Assembly (NCBI RefSeq): GCF_018977255.1
Contig: NW_024704743.1
Location: 90,398,001-90,462,000 of the forward strand
Reading direction: 5' to 3'
Source: Callorhinchus milii
Lineage: Eukaryota
DNA length: 64,000 nucleotides
The position numbers were made by a program, and so were the translations under genes. The notes under the pieces were generated by a model. The model was not told the DNA's origin. It worked only from the letters and a program-made list of their open reading frames with translations, and made no database searches. Shown in pieces: positions 13,444 to 23,752 of the stretch (its first letter is position 1; the number at the start of each line of letters is the position of its first letter).

Positions 13444-13605
13444 CTACAATACAGGAAACAAGTTAGTGAATACAAGAACCAAGGTAGTGAGATCCACAGC
13501 AAATTCAATACAGTAATTCCCTTTTAAATATCAGGATTTTTACAGAGGGAGGCTATATTTTACATTATTCTTTATAATTAAAAAGTTTTGATTAGTAGGT
13601 TCAGT

Positions 13606-13872
13606 AATAATAATAATCCTTGCATTTGATATAGCACCTGATCACATCTTTGAGACATCTCAAATCGCTTCATGGCATATACTATAAAGTGAATTGACTA
13701 TAATTGTGGGCGAAACGTGGCAGCCAATTGCGCACAGTAGTGTCCCACAAACAGTCATGGATTGAAGTGACCAATTTATTATTTTGTTTTCTTGAGAGAT
13801 TATCAGGTGTGTGGAATGAGGAAACTTGCCCAAGGTTTCGCCCTGTCGCGAATCGAACCCAGGTCTCTCGCT
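13606..13872 (-). mobile_element. tRNA-headed SINE, short form
   Basis: Family body and tail in reverse orientation. Confidence 0.87.
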
Positions 13873-16192
13873 CTTGCTTTTTTCCCAATCCTATACATTG
13901 CCAGGATTATGAATGGACATAAACTTGCTCTAGGATCTTAACTTTTTACCAACATTTAAAAAAAAAACTATTCCTGTGAGAAGAGTCTAACTAGAAATTA
14001 CTCCTTTACATTTTCTCTTGTCCAGACTGAGGAGGAACGAGTGATAAGTTCTGAACTGCATCTCAATTACAATAACAATAATGCTTGCAATGTGGATTAG
14101 CACCTTTGAGAGGTCTCAAAGCGCTTTTCGGGAATTACTGTAGATGGTAGTGACTGTATGAATTGAAAGGAAGCGCTCCATTTACAGAATGCAAAACCTC
14201 CATAATTTGTGATACAAGATTTGCCTTTGTATTACAGAAACAAGGCACAAAAATGTTCTTCAGCACCAACATCCTTTGCCTTGATTAGCACAAAAATGCA
14301 CCAAAACATTGAAATATTTTTTTTGCGATATTGCAGTAATAATACCCATATTGTTCAAGTACAATTTATATTATTATACCAATATTGGTTCATTGAAAAT
14401 CCTGAAAAGATCACATATCAGTATCAATTTCACAGGTTTTAAAAGCCTAATGCACAAAATACTAGCTCTTACATTTACATAGCGCTTTATCACAGCGTTA
14501 AAATGGTTCAAAGAATTCACTGTTTTTTCAGTAGTGTAGTGATTTTATTTTGCAGGCAAAATCCACAGCCAATTTGTACGCATCAATATTCTCCAAATAG
14601 CCATGAAGTTAACGAACAATTTTGTCTGGAGGATTATTGGCCAGTTGAACCTCAATTTCTTTTTGAATAGTGCCACAGGATCAACCACCGGATGAGGCAG
14701 ACAGTACAACATTTTAACATCTCACCCAAAGAATGATACTTCTGACAATTTAGTGCTCCTTAGCACTGTACTAAAGAGTCGACATAGAAATATGAGTTCA
14801 AAGTTCCCACGTGGGAAACCCATAACCTTGATTCAGAGGCAAGAGTGCTATCAACTGAGCCAGGCTGACAACTACAAAATAATTTGAAATCTTACTTTCA
14901 GGCAATTAAACAGGATGTGTCTCCCCCTGCAGTGATAAGTATTAATTGCTGGTAAAGCGACCAGGACAGGCAATAGGACGAAAGCTTATGTTGAGATTCA
15001 AGACTTGTAGATGTGGGCTGTTGAATGTGAGTGCAAAGATACTTTGTCGTCATAAGTCTTTCTGTCTTCCCCTTTCTGTGCCTATCCCGTCTCCCTGTGG
15101 ATTTGTTCTTATGACTCTCACTTTCTCTTTTGTCAAGTCTTTTTATGAATTTGTCTGTCTCCCTCTGTCTACGGCAAATTGTCTCACTCACTTGCTATTT
15201 TCCTGACTTTTACCACTTATACACTGAATTAGTAACACTGTATTTCTCCATCTATTCCCTGCATCATTCTTCCACACCTCCAACTGGTGGAGGTATCGCT
15301 CAATTGGTAAGGATGTGCCTCATAGCAGTGGAAAAGAGGCTGGTGGGAATCCTCTCATGCATTTCAAACTGAATTGTGTTTCTCACCAGGAAGCTCGCAG
15401 CGAGTTCTCGGTACCTGCTATCTGCCAAAAATCTGCATTTGTTGGATATCAAATGAATGGCTAGTAACTATCCGCCAGGGAAGGATGCAAGGTCTCCTCA
15501 GGGCTGAGATGTTTCTGAGGTACCTGGTGACACAATGTTGGAAGTGAATCTGTGGCTGTCTCAGTAGTCTGATTTCCTAGCCAGGCAGGTCCGCAGTAAT
15601 CCAAGACACAGACGATGACAGACCAGATAGCCTGGCTCGTTGGCAGGATTTAGCGGAGAATCGAGTCACTGGGGGCAGAGAAACTTCACATTTGGTTTCT
15701 GTTAACCCTGCAAGACAAAGCCCTAAAGGATTTGATGGTCCGAGCTGGACAAGGAGTGGGAAGCTTAGCAGACTGTGCTCACAATGGCAAGTCATACGGT
15801 TTTTGCTGGTTAATCTCTAATAGTACCACAACACATACTCGAGTCCCTAAACCTTGGTTCATGCCAACCTATGCCAAAAACTTTCATGAATTAGGTAAGC
15901 AAAGTGCATTTCTCTGAGGCGACAGTAGTACTCCATTCCAGCCACAGGGAAATTTCCATGTTTAGGTTGCTCAGTCTGAGTTTCGATACACTTAAACCTG
16001 GTGATTGATTTTCTGTGTCACACTCAAAGCTGATCACCAAAACAGCCTTGCATGTGACTCACTCATCTTTTAACTCACTTACTTGCATTAAGTAAACTTG
16101 TTTTTTTCACTTTCCCCCTTTCTGTCTCCCTCACTCACCTCAGATTCCCCCATTCCCTCACTTTTACGCCACCATTAAATATATAGACTCAC

Positions 16193-16392
16193 CTCTCCAT
16201 CACAGGCTCCAGAGATTATTGTTGATAAACTCTTTGGGTGTTTAGCCAAACAATGGACTCCATCCCTGTGACCATCAAGTGAAGCTAAAAATGGTTTTGC
16301 AAAAACACGTTCCAATTTTGTTGCATTTAAAGCTCTTGTGTATTCCCTTGGGACCTCAAATGGATGTAGTGTAGGATCATAGTTCCTAGGAA
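16193..16392 (-). CDS. DCAF13: DCAF13 coding exon 2
   Basis: VPRNYDPTLHPFEVPREYTRALNATKLERVFAKPFLASLDGHRDGVHCLAKHPKSLSTIISGACDGE; TTTTCAG acceptor, GTGAGT donor; 200 bp. Confidence 0.97.
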
Positions 16393-16508
16393 CTGAAAAC
16401 ATAAAATTTACAATTCAAATGAGTAAGAAAAAAAACTTTGCCATGAAGTTCAATATTTACTAATTTACTTTATTTATATTTAAAAAATAAATCTTCATAA
16501 CATCTTAC

Positions 16509-16789
16509 AATAATAATCCTTGCATTTGATACAGCGCCTTATCACGTCTTTAGAGATATCTCAAAGCGCTTCACAGAATATACTATAAAGGGACTGTATA
16601 TTTTGCGGGCGAAATACAGCAGCAAATTGCGCACAACAGTGTACCACAAACAGTCGTGGATTGAAGTGACCAATTTATTATTTTTTTAAGGGATTATTAC
16701 CCCATAAAAAACAATCCCCCAATCGACTAACAACCAGGTTCCTACTTACTGCTAAGTAAACAGAGGCATGTGGAGTAAAGAAACTTGCC
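16509..16789 (-). mobile_element. SINE, long form, head truncated
   Basis: Family body and tail in reverse orientation. Confidence 0.87.
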
Positions 16790-16829
16790 ACAAACATTAC
16801 ATATTAAGTTCACCTCAACTCTACAGTTA

Positions 16830-16974
16830 TGTAGTTCCTCCATCTCTGCCACATTGCCCGTCTTCGACCATACCTTACCCTAAATGCAGCGGAAACCCTC
16901 CTGCATGAGTTTGTTATCTCCCACCTGGATCACTCAAATGCACTCCTTGCCGGTCTCCCCAGCTCTATTATTCA
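16830..16974 (+). mobile_element. L2 LINE fragment, left part of a copy split by a SINE
   Basis: Degenerate L2 ORF2 (AAETLLHEFVISHLDHSNALLAGLP) that resumes at 18484. Confidence 0.8.
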
Positions 16975-17048
16975 GCCCAAGAAAGTATTAGGCGCAGGTT
17001 GGCAAGAGTCAAAGCTTGGGGACCCCAGAGTGTGTGTTGGGTACTGCT

Positions 17049-17304
17049 GGAGTCTTAACCAGGTAAGACCTGGTTAAGCTCAGTGTAGATCAGTGATTAG
17101 AGCACTCGCCTCACAAGCGAGACCTGGGTTCGATTCCCGGCAAGGTGAAACCTTGGGCAAGTTTCCTTACTCCACACACCTGATAATAATCCCTCAAGAA
17201 AAAAAAACAATAATAAATTGGTCGCTTCAATCCACGACTGTTTGTGGGACACTCCTGTGCGCAATTGGCTGCTGCTTTTCACTTATAAATATACAGTCAA
17301 TTCA
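17049..17304 (+). mobile_element. tRNA-headed SINE, 5' part (3' part at 18395-18483)
   Basis: A-box-like head, B box GGTTCGATTCC, family body shared with many copies in the window. Confidence 0.88.
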
Positions 17305-18394
17305 TGGATTGAAGAGTGGCTAATGGGTAGAAAACAGAGAGTAGGGATAAACGGGTCATTCTCGAATTGTAGGATGTGACTAGTGGAGTGCCACAAGGAT
17401 CAGTGCTTGGGCCTCAGCTATTTACAATTTACTTCAATGATCGAGACGAGGACATTGAATGTAACATATCTAAATTCGCGGATGACACTAAACTAGGTGG
17501 GAAAGTAAGCTCTGAGGATGATGCAAAAAGATTGCAACAAGATATAGATAGGCTAGGGGAACGGGCGAGTAGGTGGCAGGTGGAATTTAATGTGGGGAAG
17601 TGTGAAGTTATTCACCTAGGTAGAAAAACAGATTATTTTCTAGAGGGGGAGAGATTAGATAGTGTTAGTGTTCAGAGGGATTTGGGTGCCTTTTTACACT
17701 AGTCTCAAAAAGTTAGTTTGCAGGTGCAGCAAGCAACTAAGAAGGCGAACGACATGTTAGCGTTCATTGCAAAAGGTTTAGAGTACAAGAGTAGGGAAGT
17801 CTTGCTGCAACTGTATAGGGCCTTGGTGAGACCGCACCTAGAGTATTGTGTGCAGTTTTGGTCTCATTTAAAAAAGGACATACTTGCCCTCGAGGGGGTG
17901 CAGCGTAGATTCACTCGGTTAGTTCCTGGGATGAGGGGACTGACCTATGAGGATAGGCTGAATAAACCAGGGCTATATTCTCTAGAGTACAGAAGAATTA
18001 GGGGAGATTTTATTGAAACATGTAAGATTCTTAAAGAGCTGATAAAGTAGACACTGAGGGTCTGTTTCCCCTGGTAGGAGAATCTATAACCAGGGGTCAC
18101 AGTCTTAAAATTAAGGGTCAGCCTTTTAGAACAGAGTTGAGGAAACATTTCTTCACTCAGAGGGTAGTGAATTTATGGAATTCACTACCCCAGAAGGCTG
18201 TAGATGCTCAGTCCTTGAACATCTTCAAGGCTGAGACTGATAAGATTGTTTAAAAATAGAGGGATTAAGGGATATGGGGATAGGGCAGGTAATTAGAGTT
18301 AGGTCTGAAGATCAGCCATGATCTTATTGAATGGCGGGGCAGGCTCGAGGGGCCGAATGGCTACTCCTGCTCCTAATTCTTATGTTCTTATGTT
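17305..18394 (+). mobile_element. CR1-clade LINE 3' fragment (RT C-terminus), inactive
   Basis: [42 protein letters not shown]; in-frame stop at 17700-17702; (TTCTTATG)n tail. Confidence 0.95.
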
Positions 18395-18483
18395 CTTTAC
18401 AGTATATTCTGTGACGTGCTTTGAGACGTCTAGAAGACTTGATAAGGCACTATATCAAATGCAAGAATTATTATTATTATTCA

Positions 18484-18985
18484 AAAAATCCAGTTCATTC
18501 AGAATTCTGCTGCCCGCAAACTTACCCGGACCAAAGTCCATACCCACACCTCACCAGTTCTGGCCCGGCTCCACATCACCAAACGGATCGACTTCAAGAT
18601 CCTCCCACTCGTGTTCAAATCCCTTCACTTCCTGGCACCTCCCTACCTCTCCGACCTCCTCACTCCCCAATCCACCAACCGGTATCTCCATTCGACTGGC
18701 ACTGGTTTCCTGCTTGTCCCTCGCACACTCCGCTCTATCATTGGAGGTCGCGCATTCAGCCACTACGCCCCAAAACTCTGGAACACTTTCACTCAATCCC
18801 TTGACCTTGCCCCCTCTCTCCCCTTTTTCAAGCCCTGTCTGAAAACCTTCCTTTTCACCATGCTTACAGTCCCCTCACCCCCCGCCGCCACCCACCACCA
18901 CCACCACCAGCTCGGAGTCAGACTCCACCACTGGTAAGTGCTAACCTGTGTGGAGGGCGCTATATAAGTGCAAGTTGTTGTTGTT
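18484..18985 (+). mobile_element. L2 LINE 3' fragment, right part of the split copy
   Basis: QFIQNSAAR...APPYLSDLL...GGRAFSHYAPKLWN; tail GGCGCTATATAAGTGCAAG(TTG)n. Confidence 0.88.
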
Positions 18986-19058
18986 CAGGGGAATGTACTT
19001 TTGAGTTGACCAATTTTAAATTTTGTACCCATCTATGTTTAAAAGGCGTAAGAACAGA

Positions 19059-19236
19059 CCAACAACAACATGATTGCATTTATAGAGCGCCTTTCAGGTC
19101 GGGAGGACGTTCCAAGGCGCTGGACAGTTGGGTCGCGACCCGAGCAGTGGGGAAATGGTCAGGGTGAGGGAAGGGAACGAGGAGCGAGGAGGAGGTAGAG
19201 AGTCGAGAGGGGAGCTGAAGGCATGGTTGAAGAGAA
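19059..19236 (-). mobile_element. L2 LINE 3' end fragment
   Basis: Same 3' end as the 8334 copy, (TTG)n tail. Confidence 0.88.
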
Positions 19237-19357
19237 ATTGTGGACAGGCCGGGGTCAGCGCCTGTACCCGTGGCCGCAGACCAATTGTGATGATAAAAGC
19301 AGTCCTTTATAATGTATCTGAATCTCTTATAATGTATCTTTGCAGACATTTCTTTCC

Positions 19358-20277
19358 CTATACCCGTGGCCGCAGCCCGGGGTCAGCGCCTGTACCCGTG
19401 GCCGCAGCCCGTGGTCAGCGCCTGTACCCGTGGCCGCAGCCCGGGGTCAGCGCCTGTACCCGTGGCCGCAGCCCGGGGGTCAGCGCCTGTCCCCGTGTCC
19501 GCAGCCCGGGGTCAGCGCTGTCCCGTGTCCGCAGCCCGGGTCAGCACTGTGCCCGTGTCCGCAGCCCGGGGTCAGCGCCTGTCCCCGTGTCCGCAGCCCA
19601 GGGGGTCAGCGTCTGTGGCCGTGTCCGCAGCCCAGGGTCAGCGCCTGTGGCCGCAGCCCGGGGTCAGCGCCTGCCCCGTGTCCGCAGCCCGGGTCAGCGC
19701 TGTCCCCGTGTCCGCAGCCCGGGGTCAGCGCCTGTCCCCGTGTCCGCAGCCCGGGGTCAGCGCCTGTACCCGTGTCCGCAGCCCGGGGTCAGCGCCTGTG
19801 GCCGTGTCCGCAGCCCGGGGGTCAGCGCCTGTGGCCGCAGCCCGGGGTCAGCGCCTGTCCCCGTGTCCGCAGCCCGGGGTCAGCGCCTGTCCCCGTGTCC
19901 GCAGCCCGGGGTCAGCGCCTGTCCCCGTGTCCGCAGCCCGGGGTCAGCGCTTGTACCCGTGTCCGCAGCCCGGGGTCAGCGCCTGTCCCCGTGTCCGCAG
20001 CCCGGGGTCAGCGCCTGTCCCCGTGTCCGCAGCCCGGGGGGTCAGCGCCTGTCCCCGTGTCCGCAGCCCGGGGTCAGCGCTTGTACCCGTGTCCGCAGCC
20101 CGGGGGTCAGCGCCTGTCCCCGTGTCCGCAGCCCGGGGTCAGCGCGTGTCCGCAGCCCGGGGTCAGCGCCTCTTGCCGTGTCCGCAGCCCGGGGTCAGCG
20201 CCTGTCGCCGTGTCCGCAGCCCGGGGTCAGCGCCTGTGGCCGTGTCCGCAGCCCGGGGGTCAGCGCCTGTGCCCGTA
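19358..20277. repeat. GC-rich minisatellite, 32-bp unit CCGTGTCCGCAGCCCGGGGTCAGCGCCTGTCC, about 29 copies, in DCAF13 intron 1
   Basis: Direct tandem copies with small variants; one extra detached copy at ~19246-19279. Confidence 0.97.
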
Positions 20278-20372
20278 GCCCCATCGTTATGTTCACTGAC
20301 ATTCACACACGTGGGGCCTCTTGAACCAGGATCACAGGCCTTGGCATCGCCCACAGGCCGAGGCTTGCTCAC

Positions 20373-20451
20373 CTCGCTGTATGTCCTGCTTGGTCTCTCT
20401 CACATATTGGTCCGAGTTCCTGCACAGCATCTTGACTCTGATACCCGCCAT
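20373..20451 (-). CDS. DCAF13: DCAF13 (DDB1-CUL4 associated factor 13, Sof1 homologue) coding exon 1
   Basis: Minus strand reads GCA-ATG-G, MAGIRVKMLCRNSDQYVRETKQDIQR, then GTGAG donor; matches the DCAF13 N-terminus (human MKVKMLSRNPDNYVRETKLDLQR); 79 bp, phase fits exon 2. Confidence 0.92.
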
Positions 20452-21210
20452 TGCCGGGAGCTGCCCTGAGCACCGAGGCCCGGCGTCAGGAGGAGGCGGC
20501 AACTTGTCACGACCAACCGCCGCGGCTCGTGCGCTGCCCGGAGCCTCGAGTCACAGCGTCACGAGGTCACAGGTCACGTCAAGCGTGGTGGGGATGTTTG
20601 CGCATGCGCCGGGGTGTACACACGTGCTCCTGATGTTGGTTGCCCTGAAGGGAAACGCCGGGCGGTGTCGCCGGGTTGGGCGGGGTTCACGCCCAATTGG
20701 GCGGGGTTCACGCCCAATTGGGCGTGATTTTGTTGAACTGCGCGTGAAAGGTTACGGCTTTTGTTACCTATTTTTTTTAAAAAATATATATATTTTCAAA
20801 CCTGCAAGACTTATTTTCGTCCCTTTCTTGAAGACCTTTACTTACACAGTTTCAGAAGCACAAAAACCTAAATCGGCCACTACGCTGCTACCCATTGGTT
20901 TCGCCGACGCGCTCATATTGGGCTATTTGTTGGGCTAGTATTCGGTTGCCTTCAGGCTACGCACGTGACTTTGCCGTGACGCGCGGCGGCGGGGGTGAGG
21001 GAGGAAGGAGGGGGGGGGGCACTGTCAAATGTGTGGGGTCTGCGCCTGCGCACAGCACGCCAACCGCCGCCGACGCGCGCGGTGGAGGGGAGCGAGCGTG
21101 GCAGTTGGTGTGTGTGTCGCAGACCCACAGCGCTTGAATGAGAGGGCGGCCGCGGCCCACCCCATGCACAGCCCTGTTTGAATCCACGGCTTGAGCGGCT
21201 GACAGAAAGC
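20452..21210. promoter_or_regulatory. CpG-island bidirectional promoter shared by DCAF13 and SLC25A32
   Basis: 759 bp between divergent start codons; CpG rich; NRF1-type TGCGCATGCGC (20599-20609) and TGCGCCTGCGCA (21041-21052), E-boxes CACGTG (20621, 20962), GC boxes, CCAAT boxes. Confidence 0.85.
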
Positions 21211-21382
21211 ATGTCTCCCGGGGACGCCCAGGCCGGCCCCGAACGGCCGTCCTTTCGGCTGGTGGACGTGACGAGGTTCTACCGCCTGGTCAGGTACGAG
21301 AACCTGGTGGCCGGAGTGAGCGGCGGAGTGGCGGCCACCTTGGTCCTGCACCCACTGGACCTGGTCAAGATCAGGTTCGCAG
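21211..21382 (+). CDS. SLC25A32: SLC25A32 mitochondrial folate/FAD carrier, coding exon 1
   Basis: AGC-ATG; MSPGDAQ...[31 protein letters not shown] with carrier signature PLDLVK; GTAAAG donor; 172 bp. Confidence 0.94.
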
Positions 21383-21605
21383 GTAAAGCCGCGGGGCTCG
21401 GTGTTCTGGTTAGACGGGGTGTTGGGGTCTGTCACAGGGCATCGACACCAGACACAGGTCCGCGTGTGTCACCTGCACGTGTGTCGGCGCGGCGCGGCGC
21501 GGTGCGGTTGGTAGCAGAGTCGCCTCTTGTCTCGGAAGGGACGTGCGTGTGTTCGTAGGCCCCAAAACAGCAACAGGTTACATTCACACAGCGCCGTTCA
21601 GGTCG

Positions 21606-21866
21606 GGAGGACTCCTGTGGCTCCGGTTGGAGCAGTCGCCTGGCAAGCGAGAGACCCGGGTTCAATTCCCGGCACAGCGACATGTTGGGCAACTTTCCCG
21701 ACTCCACACACGCCTCTTGTTTACCTCGCAGTAAAATAGGAACCCGGTTGTTAGTGGACCGGTGGATGGCTGTTCCCGGGGTAATATTTCCTTTTTTTAA
21801 AAGATTGGTCACTTCAATCCAGGACTGTTTGTGGGACACTGCTGTGCGCGACTGGCTGCTGAGTTT
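21606..21866 (+). mobile_element. tRNA-headed SINE interrupted by an L2 insertion
   Basis: GGAGGACTCCTGTGGCTCCGGTTGGAGC head, GGTTCAATTCC B box, family body; breaks at 21866. Confidence 0.85.
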
Positions 21867-22320
21867 CAACAACAACAACAACATGATTGCATTTATAGAG
21901 CGCCTTTCACGTCGGGAGGACGTCCCAAGGCGCTGGACAGTTGGGTCGGGACCCGAGCATTGGGGGGAAATGGTCAGGGTGAGGTGAGGGAAGGGAGGGA
22001 GCGAGGAGGGGGAAGAGAGTCGAGAGGGGAGCTGAAGGCACAGTCAAAGAGAAAGGTTTTGAGACCGGCCTTGAAGGAGGAAAGGGAGGAGGCGGCGAAG
22101 GCACTGGGGGATAGAGTTCCAGAGCCTAAGGGCTGAGAGGCTGAAGGCCCGACCACTGATGGTAGGGCGGTTGGGGCGGGGGATGTGGAGCAGACCGGAG
22201 CCAGAGGAACGGAGGGTACGGGCAGGTAGGTAGGGGGATAGTAGGTCGGAGAGGTAGGAGGGAGCGAGGCCGTGAATGGCCTTGTAGGTGAGGATGAGGA
22301 TGAGGATCTTGAATTCGAAA
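21867..22320 (-). mobile_element. L2 LINE 3' fragment (young subfamily)
   Basis: [30 protein letters not shown]...; nearly identical to 8334-8775. Confidence 0.93.
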
Positions 22321-23584
22321 TCAACAGGGGTGGAGATTAGGGGCAATTGGAGGATGACCAAAGGCACTTTTGAAGAGGATGATCTTGAGACGGGCATTGA
22401 AGGAGGCAAAGAAGTGGGCGAGGCAAAGGGGTCCATGTTGGAGTGTGGGGGAAGAAAGACTAAAGACTAGCTGTCGAGAATGGGGCAGTTAGAGCTGGGA
22501 ACTTGTTGCCACCCAGTGCCTGCCAAACGAGAAGGGTTTGTAAAGGTTTAGTAGGTTGCATTCGCCATCAAAATATACACTGACTAAGTTTTACATTATA
22601 TCCTGTGAAGTGCTTTGAGACTTCTTGATAATGTGATAAGGTGCTATAGCAAAGGATTATTATAATTATTACACATGGAAATTTCCCGGTGTCTGGAATG
22701 GAATGTGTAGTCTCCCCAGGCGGATGCACCCTGTTTACCTAATCCCAGATAGTTTGGCACAGGTTGGCGAGAGCCTACGTTTGGGAACCTCAGAGGGTGG
22801 TTGCACTATTGCTGGAGGTTAATCCTCTAAACCTGCACAGCTGGCTATTAGGGGCACTATCTGACAAGCTTCCCACTGCCTGTACAGCTTGGACTATGCT
22901 ATCTGTTAGGGCTTTGCCATTTTGGATTAACAGGAGCTGAGTGGGAAGAATCCTTGCTCCCAGTGATCAGTTTGCCCTTCCAAGTCCTACTGGCTGGTCT
23001 TTCAATAGCAGGGTCCTGGAGTACCACAGAGGCCGTCTTGATTCTGATATTTCATTGTCAAACACGTCATCTTGGATAATCTGTTGTGATGGGCCTGGTG
23101 ATAGCTGGGTGGAGGGAGCCTGGTGATAGCTGGGAGTGAAGGGCCTGGTAATACCTGGTCAATCTCCTAAACTCCCTCTTTATCCAATTGCTTGGTGATC
23201 CCCATGTCTAGATGAAGTGCTTTGAGATTTAATCATTCATGAAAAGTTCTATATAATGGCAAGTTATTATTTTAATACAGGTACAGTGTTTGTTTGGATC
23301 ATTCCAGTATTATATGTAGTAGTGACCTAGCTGCATTTGAGCTGCTCCATAATTTAGAAAATGGAAACTACAGAGTATTAAGTGACTGAATGTGAAAGAG
23401 AAGGATGACAGAAAAAAAGAGATTGGGAAAGAGCAAGTGAGTATGATAGACAATGTCCAAGAGAGAGAAAAATACTCTTGGAGAAGGACTGATCAATGAG
23501 AAAGACAGATAGACAGAGTCAGACAGAACTTGCATTTATATAGCACCTTTCACGTAGGGTAGTGGCTCACGGAGAGCTGTGAGT

Positions 23585-23752
23585 GCAATCAATCCATGAC
23601 TGTTTGTGGGACATTGCTGTGCGGAATTGGCTGCTGCGTTTCGCCCACAAATATACAGTCAATTCACTTTACAGTATATTCTGTCAAGCGCTTTGAGACG
23701 TCCAGAAGATGTGAAAAGCGCTATATTAAATGCAAAGATTATTATATTATTA
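23585..23752 (+). mobile_element. SINE 3' part
   Basis: GACTGTTTGTGGGACATTGCTGTGCG...AAGCGCTATAT tail. Confidence 0.85.

Noticed and set aside
19358..20277. CRISPR-like array (32-bp repeats)
   Set aside because: Repeats are contiguous with no unique spacers, there are no cas genes, and the context is vertebrate
19128..20469. Long ORFs of 398, 312 and 367 aa
   Set aside because: They are three frames of the stop-free 32-bp minisatellite, antisense to DCAF13 intron 1; no independent coding evidence
20321..21435. Several 60-205 aa ORFs over the promoter
   Set aside because: Expected in GC-rich, stop-poor DNA; only the DCAF13 and SLC25A32 first exons are supported
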